Shown here piece after piece: positions 49,932 through 60,584 of a stretch of DNA of 64,000 bases. This DNA is from an uncultured bacterium (GTDB taxonomy: Bacteria > Zixibacteria > MSB-5A5 > CAIYYT01). Each line of letters starts with the position of its first letter. Position 1 is the stretch's first letter. Location of the stretch: NCBI GenBank assembly GCA_963726455.1, contig CAVSCK010000004.1, positions 64,001-128,000 on the forward strand. Reading direction: 5' to 3'. Under the pieces are notes generated by a model, which was not told where the DNA came from, did no database searches, and worked only from the letters and a program-made list of their open reading frames with translations. A program made the translations under genes and the position numbers.

Positions 49932-51740
49932 CTATTCAAATCGGCCGGGCGTCGCCCCGCCGGCAAAGAAATATTGGATCAGGAAGGCAAGGTCCGAGAT
50001 GTCAACAGAATCATCAGAATTCGCATCACCGACCAACTCGTAAGGGAATGGCGCCGGGCCGCCATTGAAGATGTAGTCCACCAAATAGACGGCATCGGAA
50101 ATATCTATTGAATTACTCGCATCGCAATCCGCTTTCATCTTTCCCGCAAATCCGTTTATGGTGTTGTTCTTTATCGACCTCGTGCCCCGATAGGACTGCG
50201 TATACGTCAGTTCGTTATCGCGAATGTAATTCCAAAACTCGTGGAAGGTGCTGTCACGATGTGACTGGATGCCCCAGGTATAGACTGTCTCGAAGCTTAC
50301 AGGATAGTCCGAATTTTCGTCTTCGCCATCGTTGTCGGTGTCCCAAAGGTCAAGAAGAGCGCCGGCAACTCGTCCGGAGACAGCCGGACCTTGCGCGAAA
50401 TTCGAGCTTTGATGGTACTCAACATCGAAATGAAATCCATTTAGGTCGTAGTCCATTTGACCGTCGGGCGTAACCACTAAGGCGAAGAAATTGGCCCATC
50501 CCTCTCGCCACGCAACTCCTTCACAGGAACCCACATTTATGGGTTGCTCATTACAGCCCCCGGGCAGCACGTGAGAATATGCATGTACCATCATTGCATG
50601 CCCATACTCGTGATTTACAATGTCGATTGAGCAAGCATGATCTCTCATAATGTTGATCGTACCGGTCGCAATACCGGTTTCAGTTGCGGTTGCGGGCCAG
50701 ATGCATTGTACGAACTCGGGATGCGGTCCTACTTCTTCTGCGACCTCCCAGCCGAGGTTCATGTACTGAAAGCACCACATGGCCCCCTCATTGTAAGGTT
50801 CTCCGCCGTAGATGTAATGCGTCCCGAAGTCGACGACCGAATTGTCAGTTACGTCCCTAGTAATCTGAGAAAACCATTTATAGGGACTACTAGTCGGAGT
50901 TTGCTTGACCGACCACGAACTGTTCTCAGTTACGAATACCAAGTAGGGATCGGCGGTCCCGTCTTCGTCGGAATTGTCCAACCAGTTCATCGTGAAACAT
51001 CCGTACCAATCGGTAGTAGTGGTGCCGAGCCATGTATCGGCCCCTGGCGGATTGTCGTATTCGTTATCGTTCCAGATTTCAACATCACAGTTGACCGCTT
51101 CTCTAAACCATCCTTCCGCGTCACGAGCATCATGGTACAGCAAGATGCCTGTGATATCAAATGTCCCTGCACGTCTTCCTTGCCCACCGGTCTTATGTTG
51201 AAGACTATCGGGAATGTTCGGCAAAGCGCGCTTGCCGGAGTGTTTCTGAGGCACGAGGACAGGGTTCTTCGGCGGCTGCGGCAATTTCAATAGGGTGGGA
51301 ACTGTACGTTGGTATTCTAAGTCCGTCAATGCTCGACAAACTGAATCACTGACCTGGATATAGAACGACGTATGGCTCGTCGCCCGAGGATTGTCCCCCC
51401 AGCCGCCTGCGGCCTCTACTTTAACCTCCCAGATGCCGCGAGACGTCGCACGAATTATCCCTTTGAATGTCACCGCCGCGGTGTCCGGGAGACCGTAGGT
51501 TTCCTGTGGTTGGCTGACAACTTCAAACCCGCTGTCAGGCACGATTCTCGCTGTCACGTTCGTAATCTGCTTTGGCCAACATGATGCGCTAATCAACACG
51601 GTGGAATTTATCCCCAGACCTACTGTGTCGACACTCGACACAGTCACTTCAAGCGGGGCTGGACTTCTCAAGACCTCCTCCGCATGTGACACTGTCGCGA
51701 GCCAAAAGAAGATCATCAACGTTGCACCTATTTTACTCAT
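49932..51740 (-). CDS. Secreted Zn-metalloprotease with C-terminal dockerin
   Basis: Signal peptide; HEYGH plus AWREGWANF; ADCDASNSIDISD / GDANSDDSVDISD. Confidence 0.8.
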   Translation of the reverse strand: MSKIGATLMIFFWLATVSHAEEVLRSPAPLEVTVSSVDTVGLGINSTVLISASCWPKQITNVTARIVPDSGFEVVSQPQETYGLPDTAAVTFKGIIRATSRGIWEVKVEAAGGWGDNPRATSHTSFYIQVSDSVCRALTDLEYQRTVPTLLKLPQPPKNPVLVPQKHSGKRALPNIPDSLQHKTGGQGRRAGTFDITGILLYHDARDAEGWFREAVNCDVEIWNDNEYDNPPGADTWLGTTTTDWYGCFTMNWLDNSDEDGTADPYLVFVTENSSWSVKQTPTSSPYKWFSQITRDVTDNSVVDFGTHYIYGGEPYNEGAMWCFQYMNLGWEVAEEVGPHPEFVQCIWPATATETGIATGTINIMRDHACSIDIVNHEYGHAMMVHAYSHVLPGGCNEQPINVGSCEGVAWREGWANFFALVVTPDGQMDYDLNGFHFDVEYHQSSNFAQGPAVSGRVAGALLDLWDTDNDGEDENSDYPVSFETVYTWGIQSHRDSTFHEFWNYIRDNELTYTQSYRGTRSIKNNTINGFAGKMKADCDASNSIDISDAVYLVDYIFNGGPAPFPYELVGDANSDDSVDISDLAFLIQYFFAGGATPGRFE

Positions 51741-51930
51741 ATATTGCCTTCTTTCTTTCAATCCCATGAAACCATATGGTCATCTCTTTCGTATCAACAA
51801 CGAGTTTCTCCTAGACGGATGTCCACCTCCTGAAGATGCCACTTACATCTTACCCAATGGTTACTATCCTGATGTACTCACAAATAACGGCGGCGGGGTA
51901 CGACAAGCTCTGCCACTTGTCGATTTTGAA

Positions 51931-52044
51931 GTTACTAGCCGCCTTATGTTAACACTTTATAATACTATCTGTCAAGCAGCTTATTCCAACAATTGTTAAC
52001 TTCGCGGCAGCAGCACGCCACGAAAAGCTATTGACACACCGCCG
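51931..52044. repeat. 114-bp direct repeat, copy 1 (divergent-promoter block)
   Basis: About 10 mismatches to 52877-52990 by eye; TTGACA on both strands. Confidence 0.9.
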
Positions 52045-52686
52045 GCCGCGCTCATCCCGCGGATCCTGATAACAATAGGTTCCCACGAGATCGAAGGTGC
52101 CCGACAGTTTCTTTTGAACAGAATCTCTCCTTATAAGGCTGTCTTTGAGTGCGGGCTCGGCAGTCCTATGACGGTGAGGCGTAATCAACACGGAATCACC
52201 CTTTGAAATCCTTTGATCGACTGACCTACCCTTTCCCTTCGTCAGAACATAGTACTGGGATGGTGTTAGCCATCGACAAAGCGAATCGCTAATCTGAATA
52301 TAGAAGATGTTGGCAATTGCGAATTCTTTTGTTCCGGACCAGGTACCGACCCCTTCCACCTTGACCGGCCAAATGCCGTTGACGGTGGCCCTGATCGTCC
52401 CTTCAAATACCATATCTCCGGTATCTCTCGGGTTGGCCACAATCATTTTCGGCTGGTTGATGATCTCGAAACCGCTATTCGGAACAATCCTCGCAGTTAC
52501 ATTTGTGATTAGTTTGGGCCAACAGCGAACGCTAATCGAGACCGTTGTCGCGACTCCCAAACCGACTGTATCGACTTTCACTACGTTCACTTCCAAGGGG
52601 GCCGGATCTTTTTGGGGTTCGTCGGATGCCAAGGACATCACCCACCATGAGCTCAAGAATACCAATGCCAAATACAGTCTAAACAT
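52045..52686 (-). pseudogene. 3'-truncated paralog of the 49932-51740 protease (N-terminal third only)
   Basis: DPAPLEVNV..VDTVGLG...CWPK.ITNVTARIVP.SGFE; homology stops at GTFDLVGTYCYQDPRD, where the repeat begins. Confidence 0.8.
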
Positions 52687-52876
52687 ACATGACCTTCTTT
52701 CTTCTTTGGTTAATGGACAGCTCTTAAAGTTGTCGCGCCCTTGTTTGCAGTATTCGGTTAATGGGAATCACCTCCTCAAGATCCATCGCGATCTTTTCGA
52801 AATGCTCGGAGAACTAATCTGCAATAATCACGTGCGGCAGGCGGCACGTGCGCCAATGCTGCACGATGCCTTTGCG

Positions 52877-52990
52877 GTTACTAGCCGCCTAATGTTAACA
52901 CTTTATAATACTATTTGTCAAGCAGTTTATTCCAACAATTGTCAACTTCGCGACAGCGGTACACCGCGAAAACCTATTGACACACCGCCG
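52877..52990. repeat. 114-bp direct repeat, copy 2 (contains the probable thyX -35)
   Basis: Matches 51931-52044; TTGACA-N17-TACTTG points toward thyX. Confidence 0.9.
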
Positions 52991-53051
52991 TCAGTCACTT
53001 ACTTGACCATCCGGACACAAGCAGACCATTTCCTTAACCGTGGGCGAATAG

Positions 53052-53903
53052 ATGACGGAATCAGCAGACCAACTCAAGGGCAAAGAGATCAAGGTTCTCG
53101 ACAAGGGCTTCGTGCGCTTGATCGACTTCATGGGTTCGGACGATGACATCGTCGAAGCCGCGCGCGTTTCCTACGGTCAGGGCACGAAGAAGAAGCGCGA
53201 AGATCGCGGGCTTATTCGCTATCTGATGCGCCACCAGCACACGACGCCGTTTGAGATGGTCGAATTCAAGTTTCATGTCAAATTGCCCATCTTCGTCGCC
53301 CGCCAGTGGATTCGCCATCGTACCGCGAATGTTAACGAATACTCCGGCCGCTACTCGGTCATGGAAGACCAATTCTACGTCCCCGAACTCAGCGACGTCA
53401 AGAATCAGTCAACTACCAACAAGCAGGGTCGCGACGAGAGCCCGGTCGACCCCGAACTGGCCAGAAGTTTTGTCGCCTTCCTGAACGACACTAATCGGCA
53501 GGTTTACGATCAATATCTGAAGACTATCGATGCCGGAATCGCCCGTGAAATCGCGCGAATCAACCTGCCGCTGTCGCTATACACACAATGGTACTGGAAG
53601 ATCGACCTTCACAATCTCTTCCATTTCCTCAAATTACGTTTGGATAAGCACGCACAGGCCGAAATTCGCCAATATGCCGTGGCCATGGCGGACATGGTTA
53701 AAGCCGTCGTTCCAGTTGCCTGGGAGGCCTTTGAGGATTACGAGCTTCATTCCCTGACCTTTTCGGCGGTTGAACTCCGGTTTCTTGACGAACGCCTGCA
53801 TGGGCTTGACCTCTCGGACGATGCGCTTGCGGCTGCCGGACTCTCCAAAGGCGAAGCCGCTGAATTTCGCGAAAAACTGGAGAAATACGGCGGACGACTC
53901 TGA
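53052..53903 (+). CDS. thyX: FAD-dependent thymidylate synthase
   Basis: AARVSY, HTTPFE, PIFVARQWIRHR-X7-S (RHRTANVNEYS), DLHNLFHFLKLR, HAQAEIR. Confidence 0.97.
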   Translation: MTESADQLKGKEIKVLDKGFVRLIDFMGSDDDIVEAARVSYGQGTKKKREDRGLIRYLMRHQHTTPFEMVEFKFHVKLPIFVARQWIRHRTANVNEYSGRYSVMEDQFYVPELSDVKNQSTTNKQGRDESPVDPELARSFVAFLNDTNRQVYDQYLKTIDAGIAREIARINLPLSLYTQWYWKIDLHNLFHFLKLRLDKHAQAEIRQYAVAMADMVKAVVPVAWEAFEDYELHSLTFSAVELRFLDERLHGLDLSDDALAAAGLSKGEAAEFREKLEKYGGRL

Positions 53904-54045
53904 ACGCTACCCCGTTAATGCACTCTGGTCGAAACTCACTACTGTATCCATCGTATGTTATGAACAGAGGGGTGCTTCGCGCGTATAATTTGTGATTGCA
54001 GTCTATTTTGAACTGCATACATTGGCCTTGAGGAAGCTGATAACT

Positions 54046-55341
54046 ATGACTAAACTCTCCGCGCTGGCAACATTGTTCCTGCTTCTGGTGTTCACTCCGC
54101 TGGTGAAGGCCGACGAGGTGGAAGACATCGATCTGGTCCGGTCGCGCTTCTTCATCGACCACGCCATCTTCGCCGATTCGTCTGGCAACCGCCTCGAAGT
54201 CTACTACAAGATTTTCAACGACGGCTTGAATTATGTAAAGAAGGCTGACAAGTTCGTTGCCAACTACGAAGTAAATATCATCATCATCGGCGACAAGAAG
54301 AAGCAGGTGACCGGCAAGTCGATCGAGAAGACCTACTCGCTGGACAACTACGATCAGACCCGCTCCGAGACCGGCTATCTGATAAATCAAGTATCGCTGC
54401 CGCTGGGACCGGGCGAATATGGCCTGGTCTGCAAGTTGATCGATCACAATTCCAACGAAGTCTCGACGATCGAGGCCAAGTTGAACAGCTACAGCTTCAA
54501 CCGTTCCGCCGACATTTCGGACATCGAATTTATCCAGCAACGGCCCGATTCCATCGAGGCACCGCAGTTTTCCAAGGGAACCAGTGTGGTTTTGCCGGCA
54601 GTCGAGCGGTCTCTGGATGGAGAATTGCAGAGTCTCGGTGTTTATGCCGAGATATATGCCGGCGGCTACGTAGGGAAGAGTCTCCAGCTAAAGTACGGCA
54701 TCGAGAACAAGCGCCAGGGTATTAGATTCGACACAACTGTTTCGATAACCGTGGACGGGCCGGTGGTGCGTGTCCGGGACTTCCTGGCCATTGCCATGCT
54801 TCCCCCCGAAGAATATAATCTGCATTTGTCGTTGATAGACGGCCAGCAGGTGCTCGCGGAACGGTCGACCCGGTTTCTCGTCAAGTGGTCGGTGGCCTCG
54901 CTGATAAAGAATGACTTTGAGTATGCTGTCGCTCAGCTGAAGTACATTGTCACAAAGGAAGAAAAGAAGGAACTCATGCAGACGCCCGATTCGCTGAGAT
55001 TGGAAGCGTTTGAATCCTTCTGGAAACGCCACGATCCTACTCCCAACTCTCAGACCAATGAACTCAGAGAGGAATACTACCGGCGCATCCGTTATGCCAA
55101 CCAGTATTTTTCGACGGTTAATCGCGAGGGCTGGGACACCGATCGCGGCATGGTATATATTAAGTATGGCGAACCTGATCAAATCGAGAGACATCCTTTC
55201 GAATTGGATACAAAGCCGTACCAGCTTTGGTATTATTATGGCCAGCGACGGACGTTCGCTTTCATTGATACGCGTGGTGACGGCGATTACCAACTGCAAT
55301 ATCCGTACGATGGCGATTGGCGGACCGGCGTCGGTCCATAG
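54046..55341 (+). CDS. GWxTD-domain exported protein
   Basis: FWKRHDPTP...NE..EEYYRRIRYAN..F...GWDTDRGMVYIKYGEPD. Confidence 0.9.
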   Translation: MTKLSALATLFLLLVFTPLVKADEVEDIDLVRSRFFIDHAIFADSSGNRLEVYYKIFNDGLNYVKKADKFVANYEVNIIIIGDKKKQVTGKSIEKTYSLDNYDQTRSETGYLINQVSLPLGPGEYGLVCKLIDHNSNEVSTIEAKLNSYSFNRSADISDIEFIQQRPDSIEAPQFSKGTSVVLPAVERSLDGELQSLGVYAEIYAGGYVGKSLQLKYGIENKRQGIRFDTTVSITVDGPVVRVRDFLAIAMLPPEEYNLHLSLIDGQQVLAERSTRFLVKWSVASLIKNDFEYAVAQLKYIVTKEEKKELMQTPDSLRLEAFESFWKRHDPTPNSQTNELREEYYRRIRYANQYFSTVNREGWDTDRGMVYIKYGEPDQIERHPFELDTKPYQLWYYYGQRRTFAFIDTRGDGDYQLQYPYDGDWRTGVGP

Positions 55342-55364
55342 AGACTGTGGGAGGGTCTGATTCC

Positions 55365-56816
55365 ATGAAAAGCAGAATTCTGTTACTAGTGCTGCTGGCA
55401 TTGGCAGCTACATCAACGTTGGCTCAGGAGCAACCGGTCGCCGAGTCGACTGCAACACCGCCGCCGGCTCAGGTAACAACCTCGGCCGCCAGGCCGATCC
55501 GTGTCTGGTCCGATGGCGCATCCTATCTGTATTTTCAAGACACTACCAAGAGCTATGTCGAAGTGTACGTTGCCCTGCAACGGAAGGATATTCAGTTTGA
55601 AGATATGACCGGATACTTTCAGGGTAAAGTCTATCTCTATCTCGAGGCCATGGACCAAACCGGGAAGATGATCGACTCCCTGGGCAAATGGGTGCCGATC
55701 ACGGTCCAGCATCTTGAAGATGCTTATAAGGATGACATTCGCATCTTTGAGGTCATTCCTTGTCTTCTCACTCCGGATCACTACAAAATGCGCCTGACTG
55801 CAATCGACGGCATCAGCAAACGCACCGGCATTGCTACTTTTGACCTCGAAGTAAAGAATTATGCTACCACGAATCTTAGTATGTCTGACTTGGAGCTGGC
55901 CTATGATATCGCCCCGGTGGAAACTGACTCCGTCTATTCGGCGCTGATTAAGTCCAATCGCAAAGTAATTCCCAATCCGAACAAATACATTTCCAATGAA
56001 GACACGCTGCTGTATTACTATGCCGAGGTATATAACCTCGCGCAGCGTGAGGGCGCCAGCAACGAATTCGAAGTCAAGTCGACATTGCTCGATTCCTATG
56101 GCTACGAGATTCGCGAGTATCCGCCGGTGCGTAACAAAAAGCCGGGCACCACGGCCGTCATTACCGAAGGACTTCCGATACGCGGTCTTCCCGGTGGCAG
56201 CTATGAGTTGTCAGTCGACGTAAAGGATATCGCGACCGGAAGGACGACGACTGCCAAGAAAAGAGTGCTGCTGATCTATGCCTTCAATCAACTCACGCCG
56301 ACAATGTCCAGCCCGGACAGCTTCTCAATCGACGATGCGAAGCTGATGGAACAGGTGATTCGCTTCATCACGACGAAGGAAGAGAAAGAGACGTACGCGG
56401 GATTGAACCTGGAGGGCAAGAAGGCCTGGCTGCAAAGCTTCTGGGACCGCAGGAATCCCGAACCCGGCAGCCCGATCAACAAATTCAAGAATGAGATTTT
56501 CCGCCGTTTCATTTATGCCAACTACTTTTTCTCCAATTCACTGATCAAGCGCAGTGACGGCTGGAATTCCGATCGCGGCCGCGTCTATATCACTTACGGC
56601 CAGCCAGACCAGATCGAATCGTTCCCGTCCCAGATGGGCCAGAAGCCGTACGAGAAGTGGCATTACTTCCGCTTGGCCAACCAGAGCGGCGGAAATTATT
56701 TTTACTTTGTCGATGAAACCGGCTATGGCAATTTTCGCCTCGTCAGTTCAAACGTCAATGGCGAAATTTCCAACCCCGAATACGAGCAGAAGCTCGAACA
56801 AAGCGCCAGCCAATAA
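55365..56816 (+). CDS. GWxTD-domain exported protein (paralog)
   Basis: FWDRRNP...RFIYAN...GWNSDRGRVYITYGQPD..PYEKWHY..FVDETGYG. Confidence 0.9.
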   Translation: MKSRILLLVLLALAATSTLAQEQPVAESTATPPPAQVTTSAARPIRVWSDGASYLYFQDTTKSYVEVYVALQRKDIQFEDMTGYFQGKVYLYLEAMDQTGKMIDSLGKWVPITVQHLEDAYKDDIRIFEVIPCLLTPDHYKMRLTAIDGISKRTGIATFDLEVKNYATTNLSMSDLELAYDIAPVETDSVYSALIKSNRKVIPNPNKYISNEDTLLYYYAEVYNLAQREGASNEFEVKSTLLDSYGYEIREYPPVRNKKPGTTAVITEGLPIRGLPGGSYELSVDVKDIATGRTTTAKKRVLLIYAFNQLTPTMSSPDSFSIDDAKLMEQVIRFITTKEEKETYAGLNLEGKKAWLQSFWDRRNPEPGSPINKFKNEIFRRFIYANYFFSNSLIKRSDGWNSDRGRVYITYGQPDQIESFPSQMGQKPYEKWHYFRLANQSGGNYFYFVDETGYGNFRLVSSNVNGEISNPEYEQKLEQSASQ

Positions 56817-57008
56817 ATTCTCAACTTAATACTATCGAATCGCGAGACCGGTTATTCGCAGACAGGTCTCGCGACTCCTAATACGCCGCCAGCATCCTGC
56901 TAACGTCTTGTCCGCATTCCAGATAGCAAAACCCCTTGATTTTCAGCTACATTGGTGTATAATAAAAAGCTTTGTGCGTATTGCGGAAAAATATGACTGA
57001 GGAAACCA

Positions 57009-57687
57009 ATGCGCCAGATTGTCATAGCTATTGATGGTCCGGCCGCTTCCGGCAAGAGCACGACGGCTCGTGAGGTCGCAAGGCGACTCGGGCTGGTCTA
57101 TCTCGATACCGGAGCCATGTATCGTGCGGTTACGCTTAAAGCGATGCGGGAAGGAATTGATTTGAGAGATGGCGACAAAATCGCGGAAATGACGAGACGT
57201 ACGCGGCTTGATTTTTCGGTCGTAAACGGCGAACAACGTGTTCTGCTTGATGGCGAGGACGTGACCACTGATGATTCGCACGTCCCGAAGTGACTGCGGG
57301 AACGACGCCGGTTTCCGGTCATCCGCAGGTGCGCGAGATTCTGGTCGGCTGGCAACGGCGGATTGGAGGCGATGGCGGTGTCGTAGCTGAAGGCCGCGAC
57401 ACGACCTCCGTGGTATTTCCGAACGCTGACGTCAAGATCTTCCTGAGCGCGGCCATCGACGCCCGCGCCGGACGTCGGGTGAAGGATCTGGAATCCGCCG
57501 GTGTGGCAACATCCGCCGAATGAACAAAGCGAATTGCTTGCGCGCCGCGACCACGCCGATTCGAGCCGGCAGGCATCACCATTGACCAAAGTCCCCGACG
57601 CCATCGAAATCGACACTTCCACATATTACGATCGAACAGCAGGTGCAGAGAGTCATCGATCTTGCCCGCGAGGTGGCTGAAGCTTGA
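57009..57687 (+). CDS. cmk: Cytidylate kinase (multiple apparent frameshifts)
   Basis: [41 protein letters not shown]; synteny with plsC-rpsA. Confidence 0.92.
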
Positions 57688-58303
57688 GCGTTCAATACCG
57701 AATCGCCAAGTTGACTGATTTCCTCGACAGCACGGCTGATTCTTCGGCTGGAAAGTTATCGGACGAGACAATATTCCCGAAGGCGGCGCCTAATCGCCAT
57801 CCAATCATATTTCGGCTCTCGATCCGCCGTTGATCGGCTCGGCCATCAGGCGCGAGATGTTCTACTTCGCCAAAATCGAATTATTCAGGAACTCCATTGT
57901 TCGGCGCGCTGATCAAGTCAGTCAATGCTTTTCCCGTTCGACGCGGAGAAGCCGACCGTCACGCGTGGAAAATGGCAAAATCGCTCTTGAAATGCCGGCA
58001 AGTTATTGCTTTTCTTCCCCGAAGGCACTCGCTCCCTGGATGGCGAATCTTCAGGCAGGGAAAGCGGGAATGGCTCGACTGGCGTTTGCCGCCGGCGTGC
58101 CGGTAGTGCCGGCAGCAATTTCCGGTTCCAATCGCCTTCGTGACGTATTCCTACGTCGCGCGAAACTCCGCGTCGGTTTTGCCAAGCCGGTTTCGCTGAG
58201 CGATTTCGCGTAACGGCGCAGACGACGATAGCCGGTATGATCGCCTGACCAGGCGGTCATGGCGGAAATCGGACGGCTCAAGGCCGAAGTGGAGGCGAAA
58301 TAG
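57684..58303 (+). CDS. plsC: 1-acyl-sn-glycerol-3-phosphate acyltransferase (multiple apparent frameshifts)
   Basis: NHISALDPP (HX4D), FAKIELF, AFPVRRG, FPEGTRS, VPVVPAAI found across frames. Confidence 0.8.
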
Positions 58304-58406
58304 CTCCTGTCGCAGTACTTCAGTGTTGCCTGCGATGGACTGTTGTTTGTCGATATTGAAAAAAGCCCGGAAGGGACAATGATAATATCCGAGGAGGAAG
58401 ACATTA

Positions 58407-60432
58407 ATGTCTGACGAAACCACAACTAACAAAACCGAAAAGAAAACTACTGGAGGTGGAAAGGCCAAAGAGAAGAAAGCCACCGGCCGACTGGTGAAAG
58501 CACAAGCGGGCCAGAAAGCTCTCCAAGGCGGAGCAAAAAGGCACGACGATGGTCACCGAACTGGCGAAGAACAGTCGGCGATCTGGATACTGAGCGCAAA
58601 CGCCGCGTATCCGAAAAAGCATCGCGTCGCATCACCGACCGGAGCCCGAGATTCTCACCGTTGACGCCATCAAGCAGACCGATCTGGATGACGAGGAATA
58701 CTCGCCCAAGCAGTACCAGCATCTGCTCGATATGTACAATCAGACGCTTCAGGATATCAAAGAAGGCGAAATCATCAAAGGTCGCGTACTCGATATCACG
58801 CGTGAGTATGTCATCGTCGACGTCGGCTTCAAGTCGGAAGGCATCATTGCGCTCGACGAATTCACCGAACCGGTCAATATCAAGGTCGGCGACCAGATCG
58901 AGGTTTATCTCGAATCAGTCGAGGACCAGAACGGCCAGTTGATTCTGTCCAAGCAGAAAGCCGATTTCATGCGCGTTTGGGATCGTATCCGCGAAGCGCA
59001 TGACGCCGGTGAACTGGTTGACGGCCGTCTGATGCGCCGCATCAAGGGAGGTATCGTCGTCGATCTGTTCGGCGTGGATGCATTCCTGCCCGGTTCGCAG
59101 ATTGCGTTGCGCCAGGTGCCCGACTTCGATGAACTGATCGGCCAGACTCTGCATCTCAAGATTATCAAGCTCAACAAGAGCCGCCGCAATATCGTCGTCA
59201 GCCGCCGCGTGGTACTCGAACAAGAGCGCGAGAAAATGCGCGAGCAACTGCTCTCGCAGATCGAGGTCGGCCAGGTACGCAAAGGCGTGGTCAAGAACAT
59301 CACCGATTTCGGTGTATTCATCGATCTCGGTGGTCTCGACGGCTTGCTCCATATCACCGACATGTCCTGGGGACGCATTGCCCATCCGTCAGAGGTGGTT
59401 TCGCTCGGCGACCAGATTGATGTCAAGATTCTTGATTTCGACAAGGAAACCGGCAGAATCTCGCTCGGTCTTGAAGCAGCTCACTGAGTACCCCTGGGAG
59501 CGCATCGAAGAGAAGTTCCCGGTCGGCACGAAGGTGCTCGGCACTGTCGTGTCACTGACCGACTATGGCGCTTTTGTCGAATTGGAGAAGGGCATTGAGG
59601 GCCTTATTCACATCTCCGAGATGAGCTGGACGCAGCATATCAAGCATCCGTCCAAGATCATGCAGGTCAGCGACAAGATCGAAGCGATGGTGTTGGCGGT
59701 GGACAAGGAGAACGAGAAGATCTCGCTCGGCATCAAGCAGATGGAACCGGATCCCTGGACGATTCTCGACCAGCGTTATCCGATCGGTTCCAAGGTCACC
59801 GGCAAGGTGCGCAATCTGACGACTTTCGGCGCCTTTATCGAACTCGAAGAGGGCATCGACGGTTTGGTGCACATCTCCGATATGTCGTGGAATCGCCGCA
59901 TTCAGCATCCGTCGGAAGTGATGAAGAAGGGACAGACGGTTGACGTTGTGGTTCTGAAGATCGATCGTTCAAATCGTCGCATCTCGCTCGGATACAAGCA
60001 ACTCTTTGACGATCCCTGGCCGTCATACTCGCTTGAAGTACGGCATCGGCGCTGAGTGCGTCGGCGACATCACGCGCGTACTCGATCGCGGCGTGATCGT
60101 GGAACTCGGTAATGAAGTCGAAGGATTCGTGGCTACCCATGAACTGGGTATCCCCGATTTGGCGCGTCCTGCCGATGCGTTCAAGGAAGGTGATGAGATT
60201 GCCGCTGAAAGTGGTTGAATTCGACCAGACGCAGCGGAAGATCGTCTTGTCGGTGGACGACTACTATCGCGGCAAGGATCACACCGACCTTGACAGCTTC
60301 ATCCAGAAGCACCCGACCACCAGTGGAGCTCAGATGGCAGCGGCCATGGAGCAGGTGATTGGCGATTCTGAAGGCGTGGCCGGCACTCCTGATTCCGGCA
60401 ACGGCAACCCTGCCGAGGAAGCAAACGGCTGA
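58407..60432 (+). CDS. rpsA: 30S ribosomal protein S1 with Lys-rich N-terminal extension (multiple apparent frameshifts)
   Basis: VDVGFKSEG, AFLPGSQI, VKNITDFGVFIDLGGLDGLLHITDMSW, repeated S1 domains; GAGGAGG RBS before 58407. Confidence 0.95.
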
Positions 60433-60458
60433 TAATTCGTCAGACATTCGTTCTATAT

Positions 60459-60489
60459 CAGGGCGTGACATCAGTCGCGCCCTGTTTTT
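60459..60489 (+). terminator. Rho-independent terminator after rpsA
   Basis: CAGGGCGTGAC-ATCA-GTCGCGCCCTG followed by TTTTT. Confidence 0.8.
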
Positions 60490-60584
60490 ATGCACATCTG
60501 TGACGAGACCTTTTCCTAAGACAATCTCTACGCCTATCAAAAAAGCTGTATTGCCACACGATTGAATTGATTACCTTGAACTCG

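Noticed and set aside
51823-52776. CACCTCCT (AGGAGGTG on the minus strand) in both protease leaders as an rRNA remnant or leader-peptide RBS
   Set aside because: No rRNA context and no canonical start at SD distance; the downstream mini-ORFs are not conserved between the two copies
57009-60432. cmk, plsC and rpsA broken into many ORFs (pseudogenes or programmed frameshifting?)
   Set aside because: Dense indels in core genes with otherwise intact motifs and no consistent slippery sites are best explained as sequencing/assembly errors
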